Shown here piece by piece: positions 62,092-64,000 of a DNA stretch of 64,000 nucleotides. Source of the DNA: Eledone cirrhosa (Eukaryota); the NCBI GenBank assembly GCA_964016885.1, contig OZ024744.1, positions 107,074,001-107,138,000 of the forward strand, read 5' to 3'. Position 1 is the stretch's first letter. Every line of letters begins with the position of its first letter. Both the position numbers and the translations under genes were made by a program. The notes beneath the pieces are model-generated. The model was not told where the DNA came from and did no database searches. It saw only the letters and a list, made by a program, of their open reading frames with translations.

Positions 62092-64000
62092 CGGCATGTT
62101 ATTGAACAAGTGTTTTTCATTCAAGCGTTATTTCTTCTATAGATAGATTATAAGACAATGCAATATTAAAGGCCATTAATGTTTTTCCCTGTTGATTATA
62201 AACGTCTGACAACCAAGTTTTTAATGGTTTAGTGTTTCTCTTTTTTCTCGTTTTGTGGGAGGCTAAGAATGTGGACGTAGCTTTGTGGAGGCAACTAGAG
62301 AATAATTCACTTTTTTTGTTAATTAGGGTTTCATAGTTATTAATAATCAACAGGGTCTCCATTGTACAGAGTGCGCAGTTATTTGATATACTGGAGTTGC
62401 GGTAAATTCCACAGTTCCGAAGTTTAGTCCAAAGAATGGAGTATTTTAAATTCCTCTCTTTTAATGACCATATGAGCTGTGATAAAGATGTGGATGATTT
62501 CCTCTTGGAGTTCGAGAAAGAGCATTTATGGTTCCCAAATCTGGCTTTAAATGTAGAAGACGTCGATCCTATGTAGTTGTATGTGTTGTGATCAGTTTTT
62601 ACGGTGCATTTATAAACCAAGTTACTATCTAGACAATATTTTGCAAAGGGCAATCAGATTTATTTCTACAATTACATTTTGGTTTAGTATCATTTATGTT
62701 AACTCTATTATTAAGATCATTATGCTGATTTTGTTTTAGGATTTTAGTGTTTAATTTGGCAATGTTTTGGGTCATGTTCATCGTTGTCGAATATGAGAAT
62801 TTATGGTATGTCTATTTAAAATGGAATGGTATTTATGTTGAGTAGGGAAAGAGGTGTCCAAAGCGTTAAAGAATAATTTTGTAATTGGTGTTTTGACTGC
62901 GACCGAGCGGGAGGGGGGGGGGGAGCATATGACTGATTTAGTTCTAGTTCTTATCCTAGATTTATTTGGTGTATGGGTGTTTAAATTATAATTATTAGAG
63001 TTTATCTTATATATGTTATTATTTTTATTAAGATGGATTATTATTATCTACATATTCTATATTATTCATATATCCTGCTCTTTTTAATGCGTTGTTGTAG
63101 TATTCAGCGTTTTCATTGAATATAGCTTTATTGGCTGATATTTTATTGATTTGTTTTTGCACACTATACTATATCCTTTGTTTACAGATTTAGGGTGATT
63201 GGAATAGTTACTAACATAGTTTAAGTTTTCATTGGGCTTATGAAAAGGGTAATAGAAGCCAGTGTTTAAGTTAAAAGTAACGTCAAGGAAATTAACTATT
63301 TTGGTACCATTTTCTACTTATAATTTAAGGTCGTACTTTTTAAAGAATTCTATTATACTTTTCTTTACTTTATTTAATTCTATATTGTTGTGTTTGACCA
63401 CGGTAAATAAAATGTCATCCCTATATAAACCACCTGTAATCACCGGCAGTTTTCTATTTATCATATTTAATATGAAAATTCCCAGAAGATCTGTGATTTG
63501 CACAGAATCGGATGCCCCCATAGTGATATCAAAGTTTCTATCTGAGCGGGTCCAATATTCGTTGTTGAAGTTAAGAGTTCTTCTAGCTGTTAGTATTATA
63601 TCTATTTTATCCGTGGTTATATCAGTATGCTTATAAGCATATGAAAGAACCTTATTTAGAAGGTTAGGTGTTATGGAAGAATAGTAGCTAGTAATGTCCA
63701 TCTGGATGAATTTATGGTTTTTCTTATCTTCTATATTCTTGTACCATTCTATGACTGTTTGTATCTTTCCATAAGCTCAAATTAGATCTCAATTTAAGAG
63801 TGGGTAATATTCTATCTTTCCCTGATAAATTGTAGTATCATACATTTTAAAATCTCTATAACTGTTACATGAAGCAACGTTTTTCTTACTCACATTCTCT
63901 ATTGAATTTATTACGTTTTCACATTTTCTCATTATTAGGGTATAAATGTTAAACTTTCTCTTAGGTTAATCACTACCTTGATTAAATCTTAACTATTTAA

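Larger units (their letters stand above)
60300..64000 (-). mobile_element. Penelope-like element (RT + C-terminal GIY-YIG), 5'-truncated, with inverted pseudo-LTR
   Basis: RT: FIQMDITSYYSSI, FDITMGASDS, GLYRDD. Then CNCRNKSDCP and the GIY-YIG region VYKC...YIGST...FKARFGNH...CALC. 63816-64000 is the reverse complement of 60411-60597. The hammerhead lies in the 3' region. Confidence 0.87.

Overview
Eukaryotic (animal) genomic DNA: AT-rich, full of microsatellites and dominated by transposable elements. The SINE/RTE repertoire with (GAT)n tails resembles an invertebrate such as a cephalopod mollusc, but that is inference only. One host gene is visible. It is a + strand ING4/ING5-family PHD-finger gene (ING5-like) with six coding exons from 2383 to 31133, all GT-AG and in frame; exon 1 lies upstream of the window. 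Intron 1 carries a 45-bp minisatellite. Intron 3 (~16.8 kb) is mostly a 568-bp tandem array with an inverted terminal block. Nested in the array are a CsRn1-type Ty3/Gypsy element, a non-autonomous LTR partner sharing its PBS, leader and part of its LTR, a solo LTR of that partner, a SINE and an RTE LINE. The remainder holds decayed RTE, CR1-like, R4-like, CRE-like and Tx1-like LINE fragments, Penelope-like elements (one with a well-formed minimal hammerhead ribozyme and an inverted pseudo-LTR), Helitron-like modules, piggyBac/hAT-type MITEs and fold-back elements. No CRISPR array, rRNA or tRNA gene was found. Most ORFs in the supplied track are repeat artefacts or TE fragments. The best candidate for an undescribed system is the satellite-resident autonomous/non-autonomous LTR pair with non-canonical termini and PBS, together with the 568-bp array itself.
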